A DNA stretch of 62,355 nt, filler included, from Choristocarpus tenellus KU-1152 (GCA_964200185.2; 11 parts of 11 records of this genome joined end to end with filler, not necessarily neighbours in it), one strand, 5' to 3'. Shown: positions 12,082 to 25,079, counted from the whole stretch's first letter. The notes: generated from the letters alone by a model not told the origin. Made by a program: numbers and translations.

Positions 12082-12260
12082 GGGTCAAAGTATCTGGGGG
12101 GGGGTGTCGGCGTCCGTTTTTCACCCTTTTTTTGGATTTTAATTTTTTTGGTGTGATTTGGTCGCACGTGTCGGATTTGAAATGTCAGCAAAAAAAATAG
12201 TTGTTGGACCGAAAACGGACGCCCCCTCACAAACCAACCCCCCCCCCCCCCCCCCACCAC
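12082..12260. mobile_element. MITE family B, truncated at contig end; a matching right end starts the next contig (12370-12391)
   Basis: Starts GGGTCAAAGTATCT followed by a G-tract. Inverted near-copy of 36026-36207. Confidence 0.85.
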
Positions 12261-13093
12261 ACTGATCCCNNNNNNNNNNNNNNNNNNNNNNNNNNNNNNN
12301 NNNNNNNNNNNNNTTAATTAATTAANNNNNNNNNNNNNNNNNNNNNNNNNNNNNNNNNNNNNNNNNNNNCCCCCCCCAGATACTTTGACCCTTGAGGGCG
12401 TTGCGTTTCGGCAATGTTCGACGAGTACGTCAGTGAGACACATCAGAGGGTGTGTGGCAGAGATTTTTCAAGAGGTAGACGCAAGTACTCAAGGCACTGG
12501 GTGGTAATGATTTCAAGGTCGAGCACACGAGGAAGTGGGCAAAGGCAGAAAAGGGGGGAGTTGGTGAGAACGGTGGAAATTGACAAAGACTCTTACGAGG
12601 CGGCAGTGAGTCAAAGAGTGATTACGCAGATCTACCTTACTTAGTAAAGAATGCGAAATTATTGGTTGGGCTCACAGTGCTCAAATGATGGATGAAATTC
12701 GGCGACGAAGGACCTGCTGAGATCCTTACTTCATAAAAAAATTATTTCGACCGTTTCGTATCTGCAACTGTGTGGTGTGTACTCCACTAGAAACTGCTTT
12801 ATCCTTTAATGTTCTGACCCAAGTCACTACATTGACCATGATGGTCAAGCGGTCAGAGACAACTCTTATGATATCCTTCCAATCCTTTTGGAATCGTCAG
12901 TAGTTGGTACTAGGCGCACCCGACTGCAAATATTCTACCTCCTCAGAAACCTATTCCTATCCTTCAACTAATGGACTGCTGTTGGAACGATCAGGAAAAG
13001 ATTTGGTTGCTCTAACCGCTTCGAAACAATTTCTGTGTGCAGTAGCGCAAATGCTGCTCTAGCCTCCCGCTTAGATATTGCGACCATCAAATT

Positions 13094-14466
13094 TCAACTC
13101 CCCTTGTCAGGAAGGGATGCAAGGAGAGGAATCAGTAGCATCAAAGTTTCGCCCGGTGCCAGCAGAACCCTGTGCATAGTAGAGGAGTCAAAGCACTGAA
13201 AGAGCATCCAGCATCAAGTCTAACCTACAATTTCGCTGTGTATACAACTACGTGTACTTGCTGGTGATGGCAAACACCCCAGGGGCGGTTTCCAACCTCC
13301 TGAGTAACTTATCATCAGGTACTAACTCATGATTCAGGAGGGCACTGCATACAGCTTAGTTTCCATCCACCAGAAAATATTCACCAGAGGTGCGACTATG
13401 AATTAAAATAGTTCCTTCTGGAATACTATTTTTGCGTCGAACAGAGATCCTATCTTGTATAAATAATGAGATATATATATAGAGAGAGAGCTCTATATAT
13501 TTTAACATATGGGTCTCGAAAGAACAGGGTTACCTGCCGTCATTCTTACAATACTCAATGCTTCATCGATTTAGTAGATTCAATATATTTTACAATTTTT
13601 GCAAACTTTGAAATATGCTGAACAGCGTAAGAGGGAGATGAAAGCAGTGTTCATTATACATTGTACAATATAGTTCATTTACCATAGAGTACACACAACA
13701 TACCCACATACAGAGTGGCTCAAAGTATCTGGAGGGGGGGGGGTCTACAGCAGGAGAAGTGCACTTACACTATCAATCCGACGCATGCAACCAAATCACA
13801 CAAAAATTACGACATGGAAAAATAGCCCGCAAATGGACAGCCACCCCCACCCCCCAAGATACTTTGAGTTAGTGCATACTACACATACATAGTTCGGGTT
13901 TCACAATAGTATCATACTATGTAGTACACCTCCCTACATATTTTGTCACTTGTAGTAGTGAGGCCAAAACACTACTGCTGCTGTCTGTATATAGGTAGAA
14001 TGGTTGATCCCAAGGGGGTGATCAATAGCAGTCAACTGGAATAACCACATTTCAAATAAGAACCCCTCCTGCTGCTGTCAGTTAATTTACTTCAGTTGCA
14101 ATCATTTTTCATGAAGCACACAGTAAGTACTACCTACAGCCCACCTCCTTTCTCCTAGCAACAAAGAAATCTGCATATTACATAAGAAAAAAACAGGTAC
14201 TAGTAGGTAGTTCATGATTAACTCTTGTTTGCAAAGTCGTGCACCTATCTGGCATGGAGTGACATAGCAGCCCAAATTAATCAAAGAGGCCACAGCAAGC
14301 AAAGGTCTGTAACTACCTGCACACTCCGTTTTGAAGCGAGTAGTATGATTGACTCTCAAATTCAAAGTAAACAGCGTATTGTCTATCATTGAATTACTCT
14401 TGTTCAGCTTGTTCTCCTTCAGGCTCTGCTCCGTGATGTTCCATCCATGATATTCAGTTTGTTGGA
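13094..14466 (-). CDS. Putative 3' exons of an unknown gene (14466-14317, 13984-13930, 13344-13258, 13169-13094)
   Basis: Four AG/GT-bounded segments join in phase (1/1/2/2) to QQTEYHGWNITEQ...ALLNHELVPDDKLLRRLETAPGVFAITSKVLLAPGETLMLLIPLLASLPDKGS*. Nearby MITEs fall outside the exons. Donors are weak and I recognise no homology. Confidence 0.4.
13717..13870. mobile_element. MITE family C (internally deleted), TSD AGT
   Basis: GGCTCAAAGTATCT...AGATACTTTGAGTT with AGT on both sides. Interior matches the copies at 52218 and 54561. Confidence 0.85.
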
Positions 14467-14501
14467 CTGCAGCAGGAAAAGGGATGAGGAGTGAGTGCAG
14501 T

Positions 14502-14740
14502 GAGTCGAAGTAAACGAGAGGTACTCAGGGTTGCATTTGAAGGATGTTTACAAAATATACGCAAATTCGGGTTTTTAAACAAATGCGTACAGGATGTTTT
14601 CTGAATTGTGTCGGAATAAACGCTCTCAAGTCAAGCTTAGAACTTCATCCGTAGAAATATGGATGAATTGCCAAAGATTGAAAAGCAGACTTGAAATGCA
14701 AATCGCCCCAAACCTGGATACCTCTCGTTTACTTTGACTC
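14502..14740. mobile_element. MITE family D
   Basis: GAGTCGAAGTAAACGAGAGGTA...TACCTCTCGTTTACTTTGACTC; homologous to 10009-10267. Confidence 0.82.
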
Positions 14741-15886
14741 AAGTACAGTAAGATATAGTAGAATTTGTTTGGCATATTGGTCAGCACGTGCTGCTCGGTT
14801 GTTTACAACAACAGTAGTAGTAGTAATAGCAGGTTTTATTTTACAAAAATACACAATACGCCTATCAAAATAGAGCACTGTACAAGACTCTCTTAAGGCA
14901 AATAGTGCTATTTTTCACCCTTGTATCAGTTTACCAGGACCAAGGATTCCCACAATAATATTTTCCGTTCCACGAATGTTATCGTGGTAACAGTACTAAT
15001 GGCATGCATGGCATAGGCACTTGCCCATATACGCACTTTTCTGCTCTCGAATTGTTGGACCCCATTTCCAGAATTTTCAAGAACATATTGCAAACTAACC
15101 AAGGGTATCATCACCTGCTTTATTCTTGGCCAAGCTCACAGGCAAGTAAACTCCACAGAAGTACCAAAAAGAGAATTTCACTTTGGGTTCAAAATATGTG
15201 GCATAGCAATCATGTCTCTACTTTCAAGAAGTACAATACTCCCACCACTCACTCAAGTTTACCAAAGACTGGATCCTATTGTCACGATAATGATTAGGAA
15301 GACCTCTCAACTTGGTTGACATTCGTGGGGAGTGTCCAAAAAGCACACATATAGTGCCACGAAGAGTGGTGCTGGAAAGGGACATAGGATGAGACACAAA
15401 AAGGGCTCATATTCATGCCATGACGCAAGTTGAAAACTCGCATCACATGTCCTGCACAATAAAGTCAGTCACTCATCCCTTCTTTCACCACTCTCAAGCC
15501 TTAACATTATCTAGCTTCTTATGTTCCAACAAATTTGCAGTACTAGTGGTACAGTGTAAGCAACAACAGTAGATATGGAATTTAAATAAACCAATCACAG
15601 ACTAACTTCTGTTGCAAGGACAATATGTGGTGATACCTAGACCTCTGCTATCCTATTGGTATGTATGTGATCATTTATGATGTGTGATGTGATACATTTC
15701 CCACCTCCAACAAGCGCCCCTTTGCTCTCCCACCCCCACCCCCCCATGTGATCCGCCAGTTAAGTGGGATTTCTGGATAGATGGGCNNNNNNNNNNNNNN
15801 NNNNNNNNNNNNNNNNNNNNNNNNNNNNNNTTAATTAATTAANNNNNNNNNNNNNNNNNNNNNNNNNNNNNNNNNNNNNNNNNNNN

Positions 15887-16115
15887 CCCCAATGCCCCCT
15901 GTGGATGTGGAGAAACACTGTGCTGGAATGGAGTTTTTGAGGGCTTAGGAGGCGGAATCATACATAGGTGTAGACTGTCGCTTGTTTGAGATATTGGTGT
16001 GCAACCTTTTAATGTCTGCACATTACACCCATAAAATATGAACATATGAATAAAACATTGCTTATTCATGTGAGCTACAAAAAGGTATAGTCCATTTAAT
16101 TCCGAACGGAGGTTG
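15887..16115 (+). mobile_element. 3' end of mariner family 1 with right TIR
   Basis: Homologous to 29165-29398. Ends CATTTAATTCCGAACGGAGGTTG followed by TA. Confidence 0.8.
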
Positions 16116-18179
16116 TAGATATAAAAAGGGAGACAAAATAGGAAAAACATGAAGTATAAAAAAGAAAAATAGTAATAATGGGAAGAAACATTAAGCAAAG
16201 AAAATAAGAACTCGGAAAAGGGTAAGAGTCAAACGGAAAAAAAATAAACGAAGAAAATACTAAAAAATACTAAAAAATGGACAAAAAAAAATGAAAGTCG
16301 AAAGGACACAAATAACAACAATGGGGAAAAGAAAAAGGCAAAGAGGGCAAAAAATTAACAAGAAAATACAAAAGAGTAAAAATATGGAAAAAGACAAAAA
16401 TGTATATATCCAGAAAAAAAGTATTATTTTTTTAGAAATGACATTAAATCTCGCATACATACGTTACATTGACTAGTGATACCAACCCCAGCATAAACTT
16501 GTCCCGTTCATCTTCAACAGCCAATTGTATCACCTACACATGTTCCCGTCTACTACTTCAGATATATTTCTTACTCCATCATTTCATCAACTCTCAACCA
16601 AGAGGAAAACAGACAATACCAGCACCATGAATCTGGTCTTCACAGACACAACACACGCCTCCTCCAAACGTGGGTACACAATAAACAGTCAAAGCACCAT
16701 ATATCTAGAAACGGGTAACAGAAAAAATATGAAGATTGGTTTATCCGTTGATGATGAGTGAGATGTTTTGCAAGACCTTGTTCTTATCCATTTTATTTCC
16801 TTCTTGTTGTCAATTTATCACTGAATTGAGGATTACTAGTCTCTTTCCTTCTCTATTGTCATGCCAATTCTATTCTTGCAGTGATAAGTTATCTAGCACT
16901 TTCATCTCTAAGCAAGAACCTCAACCTTGCAAGTTTCTCTCTTTGTGCAGGTACCGTTTGTAGTTTGATGCCCCCTGAAAGGATGGTGAGATGAACCTGA
17001 TGCACAGTTTGCAATAAAAATATACAGATAGAAGTATGGCCAAACCTCATTGAAACATTTCTGACGAAGAATTAAGAGTACGTCATCTCTCTCTCTCTCT
17101 GCTATTTATGGACATTTTAAGAAAATCACTCACTCTTAGCTGAAAAAGAAAGTCTGTGAGTGGGGGCGGGGCGGTTGGGGCACAACAATTTACGGGAAAG
17201 ATTCGTTCAATTTCTTAGTAACATCTTGTTCTTAGTTCCATATAATACACGTCATGGTCAATTTGTCATGTTTGGGGATGAGTGTATCGAAGCACTTGAC
17301 ATAGATTCAAGAACAGTCCATCCATCCATATTGGTTGTTGTACACATAACTTGGAAATATCTGTGATATTCATGGGCGGGGGGGTACCAGCTTCAAAGTT
17401 CAGAGGAATTATCCTTATGTTTCCTGTTTCCTTAGAAAGAGATTAACTGACGTCATCAAGTACTATTAATGAAAAAACCATTGCTGTTGTTGTGAGGTTC
17501 GTTCTCTCAAAAATCTCTGGTATTTTCTGGGAACAATCCATACACTATATAATAGTAAGTACACTTTGAATACTATTCCTCTTTTCTCTTTGTGGATAAT
17601 GAGATATAGAGTATATATTCTTGTATTCATCGAGTATATATTAGAGTTTTTGGATAGAGGAACCATTTATAAAAGTCTACACAAGAACTTTGTTCTATAG
17701 AGAATATATTGAATATATTGATGGTGGATAAATCTGGAACCCAAAACAGAAACAACCTATTATTCTGTATGTAGAACAGATAGAGAGAAACTTCCACAAA
17801 AGAACTTGCTTACTTTTTGACATTGATCCTTAGTAAGGAAGTGGGGTGGACACACTTTGTACTTGGATGGGATACAAGTGAAATGATCTAGGAAAGAAAA
17901 TAATCCCATATCAACAGTCCATGGTAATACGATACCTACATCTATATCGTTTGGAATTTCCTACTTTCATCGATCTATGTATAACTGCTACTTCATACTA
18001 GATACAAATCTGCTTCGTACAACATATTTAGATTTCCTCACGAATTCTGTATTCATTGAATTGCCTTTCGATCTAGGATTCCATCCACTCTCCACCTGCT
18101 CAACTAATATAACGCCAGTTCTTCCTTCCTTCCCCTCACTATCCTTGCTCCCCCACCACTATGCGCCCAAATCAGCATT

Positions 18180-18440
18180 TCCAGTCACCATCCACCCCAG
18201 CCACCTCCACGTACCCACTGACCAACTATTAAATCACTCTTCGCCACTGGTTTCCAAACACCCCCCATTGCCGCCTCGCTATGCATATCCAGTGACCAAA
18301 CATTGCAAACAATCTCCGACACTGATTTGTAGTCACCAATCAATGCGGCCAATTCCAATGACCAATCAATGCAGACGATCTTCGCAACTGACTTTCAGTC
18401 ACCAACCAGTGCGACAAATCTACCCTACTTGTTTCTAGTC
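18180..18440. repeat. Degenerate copy of the GACCAACCAGTGCG repeat array
   Basis: CACTGATTT.CAGTCACC and GACCAA.CA.TGC motifs are shared with 34470-34762. Confidence 0.6.
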
Positions 18441-20699
18441 ATCAATTAATACAGAAAATTCCTGCGAATAATTCCACCTTCCTCCACTACACTCTACGAC
18501 AATCAACTTCCCAAAAACAAGACTTTTCGCCACTTTGAACAACATCAAAGCGTTGTCCACTTAACCATACCACACAAAGCAACTCCACAAGACTCGAAAG
18601 CAAATAATAGGATAGGGCCGCGACTGGTTTTCAAACTACGATGTTGTGACTAAGATCAAATTTTCTCTATCCTGTCTGTTAGAAAATGTAATATTCCTTC
18701 ACCCGGACACACCTTCCATAGACGAATCCTCACTTCACTCCTACAGAATGTTTCGAAAACGAGAAAAAAGAAAAATCAACAACAGCTGGAGAGATCGGAA
18801 AAAAGGGCAACATCCTATACATTTATAGATTCCGCACCAACATCTTACATTCAACAAGAAACACCTCTCCATCATGAGTGAATCAGTACCATTGTCCGTA
18901 TCGATATCACTATCAACATCATCACCAATATCAATATCAGTAGCGTTGTCGGTATACCCATGCCTGCAATTTCCCTGCAGTGCGGGTTTGATTCAATTGA
19001 CGACCTTCAGCTCAGGTCTAGAGCTTCGCATGGACCTATATCTGCAGCTACGTACAGAGCTAGGGTTTGGGCTAAGGTTTAGGCTACCACAGGAGATACG
19101 ACCAGAGCTGGGATATGGCCTAGGGCTAGTCCTGATCACGAGGAATTTTAGATAGACGGCACCCATACAGTCGATTGCATTGGTCGCTCATGTATTTGTT
19201 CGTGTTGGCACCTGCAGCAAAAATACAAGCAAAAACATAGAGAGAAATGTGCCACAGTATCTGCTCTGTACGTACGTAACTAGGAATGTATGTATGTAAC
19301 TACGATGCACTATACGCGAGAGTAATGCAGCAGTTACACAGTAAACGCCACGAACACGTACGCTTGCGTACTTGAGTAGTGGTTGGTTGCCGTTGTTTTA
19401 TTTTCGCCCTGACACAACGACCAACCCCCTCCTTGGCCTGTTTTGTGGGCTGTGATGACCAGCAGGTCGAAAGAGAGATGCCAGAACCTATAGATGTAAG
19501 GAAAAAGAAATGTTGTTGGACCTGGCTAGCTGTGTCACGGGAGGGAGTGGCCACGGAGATTAGACTGGGCAGTTGAAACGATAATTGTGCTCCTTCTGTC
19601 GATGGGTCTGGTGTCGGGTTGAAAAATTATTCCTCCTAGGGGAGGGATCATAGCTGGTGCAATGACAGCATACCGACCGTATCTTGATGTGTGGGGTGTC
19701 TTGTCGTGCGTACTACTACCACTGCTACTAGTACACAAACACCCACACGTAAAGTACTCTTATTAGTGGTAGTGGTATTAGATAGAATGTTTTGTTTTGA
19801 AATATTCTATTACAACACTACTGTTTCTCACTTCTAACCAGTCACCTTTTTATCTCTGTAAATGATTTTTTTAAGAGTTGCAATTCAGTCTTTTGCAAGT
19901 CCCACCCTTCTTGATCGCTTATCCCAATCATGTATGAAGCATTTTTACTTGTTCTGACATGTATTGATATCACTAACATCACACCCCAAGTGAAGAATTG
20001 AGTCAAAGAGCACATACGTACAAATCTCAGTAGTGTAAACAACCAAATTCCACAAGAGTCAATTATGTGGACCTTCACCCTCACGCTTGTCCACCTCCGA
20101 GCTAATCCTCGTTATCCTACTGGGGATCACAGCAGTGGAGATGAAGCTCATGCGTTCTATCCTGATGACAATTTTCGTTGTTATCCTTTATGACCCCATG
20201 GTTGTACATGTTTGGAAGACGAAGACAATTCTCCAAAGGGTGATAAGAAGCCTTTGTTCCTGCCTATTGTTCATCCCTTAGGTCCTCCCCTGGTAAGGTG
20301 GATGGGTTGATATCAGATATTAGATCATTGCCTCACCACTGTAGATAGTCTTCAGTGTGATATGAATAAATGAGGTATAGATACCTTAACCTCACCCAAA
20401 CCCTACATCCCTTCTTACTTCTGACACATCCTTTCCACCACCCCAACCACACCACCTTTAACCAATGCCATACGTACCACAACACCCAATTGTACACAAC
20501 ACACAAGTCCTGACTCAAACATTCCTTGCCTGCCCTGAGGCCTCAAATGCCTCCACCACCAAAAGATTAATATCAACCAAGAAGAGCAGACATGTCAAAG
20601 GAGGACTGTCAATGCCTGGCTCCTGGGAGCCTTTTGGAATGTGATGGCCGCAATGAATGGCACCAGTACCCTTTCGGAGTTCATCAGTGTGCATTGACT

Positions 20700-20792
20700 T
20701 CACCCATTGCTATAATCGGCACTAAGCTTGACATCAATGAGAGGTCACCCATTGCTATAATCAGCACTAAGCTTGACATCAATGAGAGGTCA
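20700..20792 (+). repeat. Near-perfect 45-bp tandem duplication
   Basis: TCACCCATTGCTATAATC(G/A)GCACTAAGCTTGACATCAATGAGAGG twice, one mismatch. Confidence 0.92.
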
Positions 20793-21468
20793 GGTGACAC
20801 TGAAGCTGATGCCGCCACACTCAAGGTTCTCATGGTATCGGAGAGGGCGGAGAAGTCTCTTACACAGCATCTTACAAGGTGAGGATGAAGTGCCTGTCAC
20901 TGTCAGGGACCCTAGGCTCTTAGACATCTAGTGATGTAGTGCTACTCCACTATTGGAGGTGGATGGCATGGTGACTCTCTTGTGCATAACCTCTTGTGTA
21001 ATGTCAGCTGCGATTAATATGTGCTCTATAAATGTGAACTAATGTTTACTCCATGTTCTTTCTTGCTTGTATGTTTTCCAAAGGATGCTTAATTGAGATC
21101 ATTTTGAGGTGCTTCCCTTCTGGGGCGAGGGAGGGGAGGGGAATGTCTTTTATCAGGATAATGCATGATTTTCGCTTCTGGTGACCAAGACCCTAATTAT
21201 TGGTGCTATGGTTGAAACATTGTACAGCTTTGATGGTGCTTTGGTGCCAATTTCTTGATACCACCATCGCCTCCATATCTCTACAATCAGTGGTTGTTTA
21301 ATGCAAGATGCGTAGTAGTCAATATAATCCAACTACTATTTACATCTCAGAGCTCACGGTGCCCCCTTCCCCTGTCCACTGTCCTTGTTTGTGTATTTTG
21401 CTAAATGGTGTGTGTATGGCTTTTGTGATTGTGCTATGAAAAGGTTCCTAGATGCCTTACTCTTTCAG

Positions 21469-23731
21469 TTCTATGCAAAGAATGATGGCCTGCCTGTGAC
21501 GGATCTTCACCAAGGTATTGTGTGGGGAAAAACACGCCACAGACTGTGAGGGATGAGAGACTGGTTAACCGCTTTGACTATGATGGGGACTACGGTACTG
21601 TCCTCAACAGGTTTACTGGTTCTGTGGTGGTTTTCAGATGCGGTTCTTGCTGGTTCTTGTGCAATATGTGTCGGCAATAGTGATGTCCTTCCCCCCCCTC
21701 TCCCCACATTGACAAAGTACTACAATAAAAATACGGTGCATGGTACCGATATTAAGTCCAGACTACGATCAGGACTGCAGTACCATCCTCAACAGGTCCT
21801 CTGATTCATTATCTATTCGTCCATTATTGGTTAGTGTGCCTCTGAATGGAGGGATCAGTTGTATCATGTGAAGTGTTGATCAGCCTTTCTGGGAGGATGG
21901 TTAAGCTTCTCCAAGGATGTACTGGTAGTTCTCTAACAGTTGACGTTATGGGATTATGACAAGGAACGATTCTTCTCCTTTTCCATATGCTGTACAACTA
22001 ATGGATCATCAAAAGTTAAGGTGTTCCTCCTTCAAGCACCTCTTTTTCAATGTTTTGACTTTCAAAACCTCAAAAATTGTTTATCCTTAGTACTCACTGC
22101 TGAGTCCCAGAATCACATTGGGTGTGGTCCACGAGGGAGCCATAAATTGAGGCGTGGATTACTCCTAGTCTCTTTGTGGTAGGTTTGTTCAATATGTATG
22201 GAAGTAATTGCATGCACGTGTAATATCCCACCCTTGTTCTATCTTCTTATTAACATCCTATTATCCTCATAGTGTCAAACTGTACCATCCCACCGCTTCA
22301 TTGTGTATCCTTTGTGCAGGTTCCTGATGCAAGCTTCCCTGAAGGTTCCGATGACAGTCAATGGGACAGGCGGTCAAACCAGGGGTTTTATTCATGTGAC
22401 TGATACTGCCAAGTGCCTAGAGGCGGCTGTGCTCAACCCCCCAAACCATGCTCTCCGGTGGAGATCTTTATCCAGGTGTAGTGAAGACAAAATCATGTGT
22501 TAAATATGATTGTTATTGGGGAGTGGTAACGTTTCGCTACATGTTTTCAATCTGCTATATATCATTGGTTCAGTTCTGTTCTATCAAAGGGGGGTATTCA
22601 TAGCATTCCACTCAGGACAAACATGTATTGAAATTGGCACGATAGTACTCAGGCGGGCACCCTCCTTCCACACAATGCCTCACCAGGTTGCGGAGACCCA
22701 CCGTGTGCGTGATCTAGCTCAGATAATTTCAGACAAGACTGGTGCGGGGATCAACAACATGTCCAACCCACGTAATGAGGCGGCAGAGAATGAACTACTC
22801 CAGCACTAGATGTCGAGAACGGCAAGTTTGGAAACCTGGGTGTCAACTTCAAGGGCCTTGACGGGACTTTGCTGAAGGAGGTGAATAGTTGAAAATATGC
22901 AATAGTAACCTTGTAGAAATGTATACATCATGTTTTCTGTTTTTGTCTAGGTGCTTACTTGTTTGTCGTTTCAAGAAATGATAGCAGTGCGGAGTGATTG
23001 TGATAGTAGGGATGTTTTTTTAGTGAGGGAAGAGTATGAAATGTGGTACGCCTACCATGGTGAGATGGACTTAGTTCAGGCGCTAGTTTACTATCTTTAA
23101 ATGTGTTTGGAGCATGAGGACTGGCATGCACATCGGATGGAATTTTGGATAATTTTTGTGTATTGGAGTGGCTTAGTGTCTATGAAGATATTGTCACAAT
23201 CTATTCTTGAAATGAAGAGTGAAGCATGGTGGGACATTACTGAAGAGTGAAGCAGCTGTGATGCACTTTATTGTAGGTTGGCCCTAGCAATAGGAGTACT
23301 CTTGAAGTTCAGTTTCAACTCAGGATTTGAGCATTATTTTGATTGTGAACTCCACCGTCCTCTAGAGGACTGTGTAGGAACCCTTGGGGAGAAGGCAGTG
23401 ACTACAGGAAACACTTTGCGGGGATCTTCCTTGAATGGAGACACAACCACATATGCAACTCTCCCGTCAGCTTCTATGATACACTCACAAGCACTACTCC
23501 CCCTACTCATCTCTGACCCATCCCCCCCTTCCCTCCACATGACCAATCCTTATTGCATGGTCACAGGTGAGAGGCATTGCTGAAAAGTACCAAGACCGTG
23601 CTAGCCTAGAGCTTGTGTACCCCAAGTCCTACTGGAACAAGAACAGGGTGGCAGCTGCTGAAGGGGCTGAGTCTGAAGGGTCTGAGGAACAGCAGCGCCT
23701 CTTTGTAGATGTAAAGGCAGGAATACAGTGA
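21469..23731 (+). pseudogene. SQD1: UDP-sulfoquinovose synthase, last four exons (21469-21610, 22320-22475, 22687-22880, 23567-23731) with three frameshifts; no 5' exons seen
   Basis: FYAKNDGLPVTDLHQGIVWG / NRFDYDGDYGTVLNRFLMQA...GTGGQTRGFIH / VEIF.QVAETHRVRDLA...NPRNEAAENEL are SqdB/SQD1 signatures. Frameshifts: -1 near 21528, -1 near 22452 and +11 at 22798-22808. Splice sites are intact. Confidence 0.9.
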
Positions 23732-24338
23732 GGTGAAAAGAGGGTGCACTAGCGAGCAGCACAACTTAATTCAAGGAGATTTTGAAGAAGGAACAGAGGA
23801 GATTGGGTATAGCAAATATAAAGGGGGATGNNNNNNNNNNNNNNNNNNNNNNNNNNNNNNNNNNNNNNNNNNNNTTAATTAATTAANNNNNNNNNNNNNN
23901 NNNNNNNNNNNNNNNNNNNNNNNNNNNNNNCCCCCTGATACATCTGCAAAATGTCAGAGGGCATAATAATAAAAAAAAAATATATATATACATGTCGTTG
24001 TTAGCCCTGAAGAAATAAAATATATACAAATAATATCGTTCCAAAACCAACCGCTTCGACTTGCACATAGATATATGAAAAAAATTCTTCAAATCGAAAT
24101 GGTTGAGAAACCACCCTCTCAACACAAACATTTTTTTTTCAGAAATGACAGAATTACCAATAACAGCAAAACCGACCAAAAATGGGTGGAAAAGATCGTT
24201 AATCGTCCATAAATTCTTAACGAGACCTCCAATAATAATGAAGTCGTCGTTAGAAACGTTGGATTCGTTGGCGTTTTTGTGTTAAATTGATTTTTTGTCA
24301 CTTTCATTCTCTCCCTGAATCCACCTTGTTGTGACCAG

Positions 24339-25079
24339 GTTGTAAGCATCTCTGTGAATGGGGATCAAGTGATCCAGAATGCTCTCAAGAGAGAAAAAGT
24401 GGTAACAAAAAACCACAACGATACAGACTTATGGGATAGAGGAGTACAAGAGGAAAAAGAGAGACGAAAATTGTATGCGGAAGTATGTCCATGTTGCACT
24501 ACTCCAATGGGCAAGGGTGAAAAGTCATTGGTTGCTGCGGTTCAGTGAACGATCGAAGTCCATAGTACGACACAGTATTGTCACTTCAAGGGAAAACAAA
24601 GATTATACGTAGACAGGATACTGCTCTGGGGGCAATCCCATGACGGCCCAGAGCAAGGTTTGAATGTTTTGTAAGATTACAACAATTCAAATTTGTCAAG
24701 AAAATTGTCCAAACCATAAACAACAGTACCAGTTAAAACAAAACAGTGAATAGAAAGTCCTCTCGTCACTGCCCTACTTTATACTCTTGAACCCCACCCC
24801 ACTTCCCTGGGCCAAAGCTGTGATATATGTGGAGAATTGTGCTTGATTGGTGCCATTTGGGCCTAGTGGGGCTGATACTTTGCCTGTCAGCCCTAGCTCA
24901 AGGTGTAATCTTGTGTTTTTACATCCTCTTCCCTTGCCCAGAGAAGCTTGACCAGCTATTTAGATGGTCTAAGAAGCTCCAGAGGTAGGTGAAGACTTAC
25001 TTGCGTCAAAAGAATTCCGCCCCTGCCTCTTTCCGTCCACGACCCTTTGCCGCCCCCAATATGGACCTGTAGGTCGTAG
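24339..25079 (+). CDS. Putative 3' exons of an unknown gene (24339-24482, 24591-24657, 24942-24984, 25073-25079)
   Basis: A phase-consistent AG/GT chain gives VVSISVNGDQVIQNALKREK...LWDRGVQEEKERRKLYAEGKQRLYVDRILLWGQSHDGPEQEKLDQLFRWSKKLQRS*. No family recognised. Confidence 0.45.

Noticed and set aside
16120-16440. Lys-rich and Phe-rich ORFs here and at 46106-46405 and 47411-47605
   Set aside because: Low-complexity A-rich or T-rich tracts with no splice or homology support.
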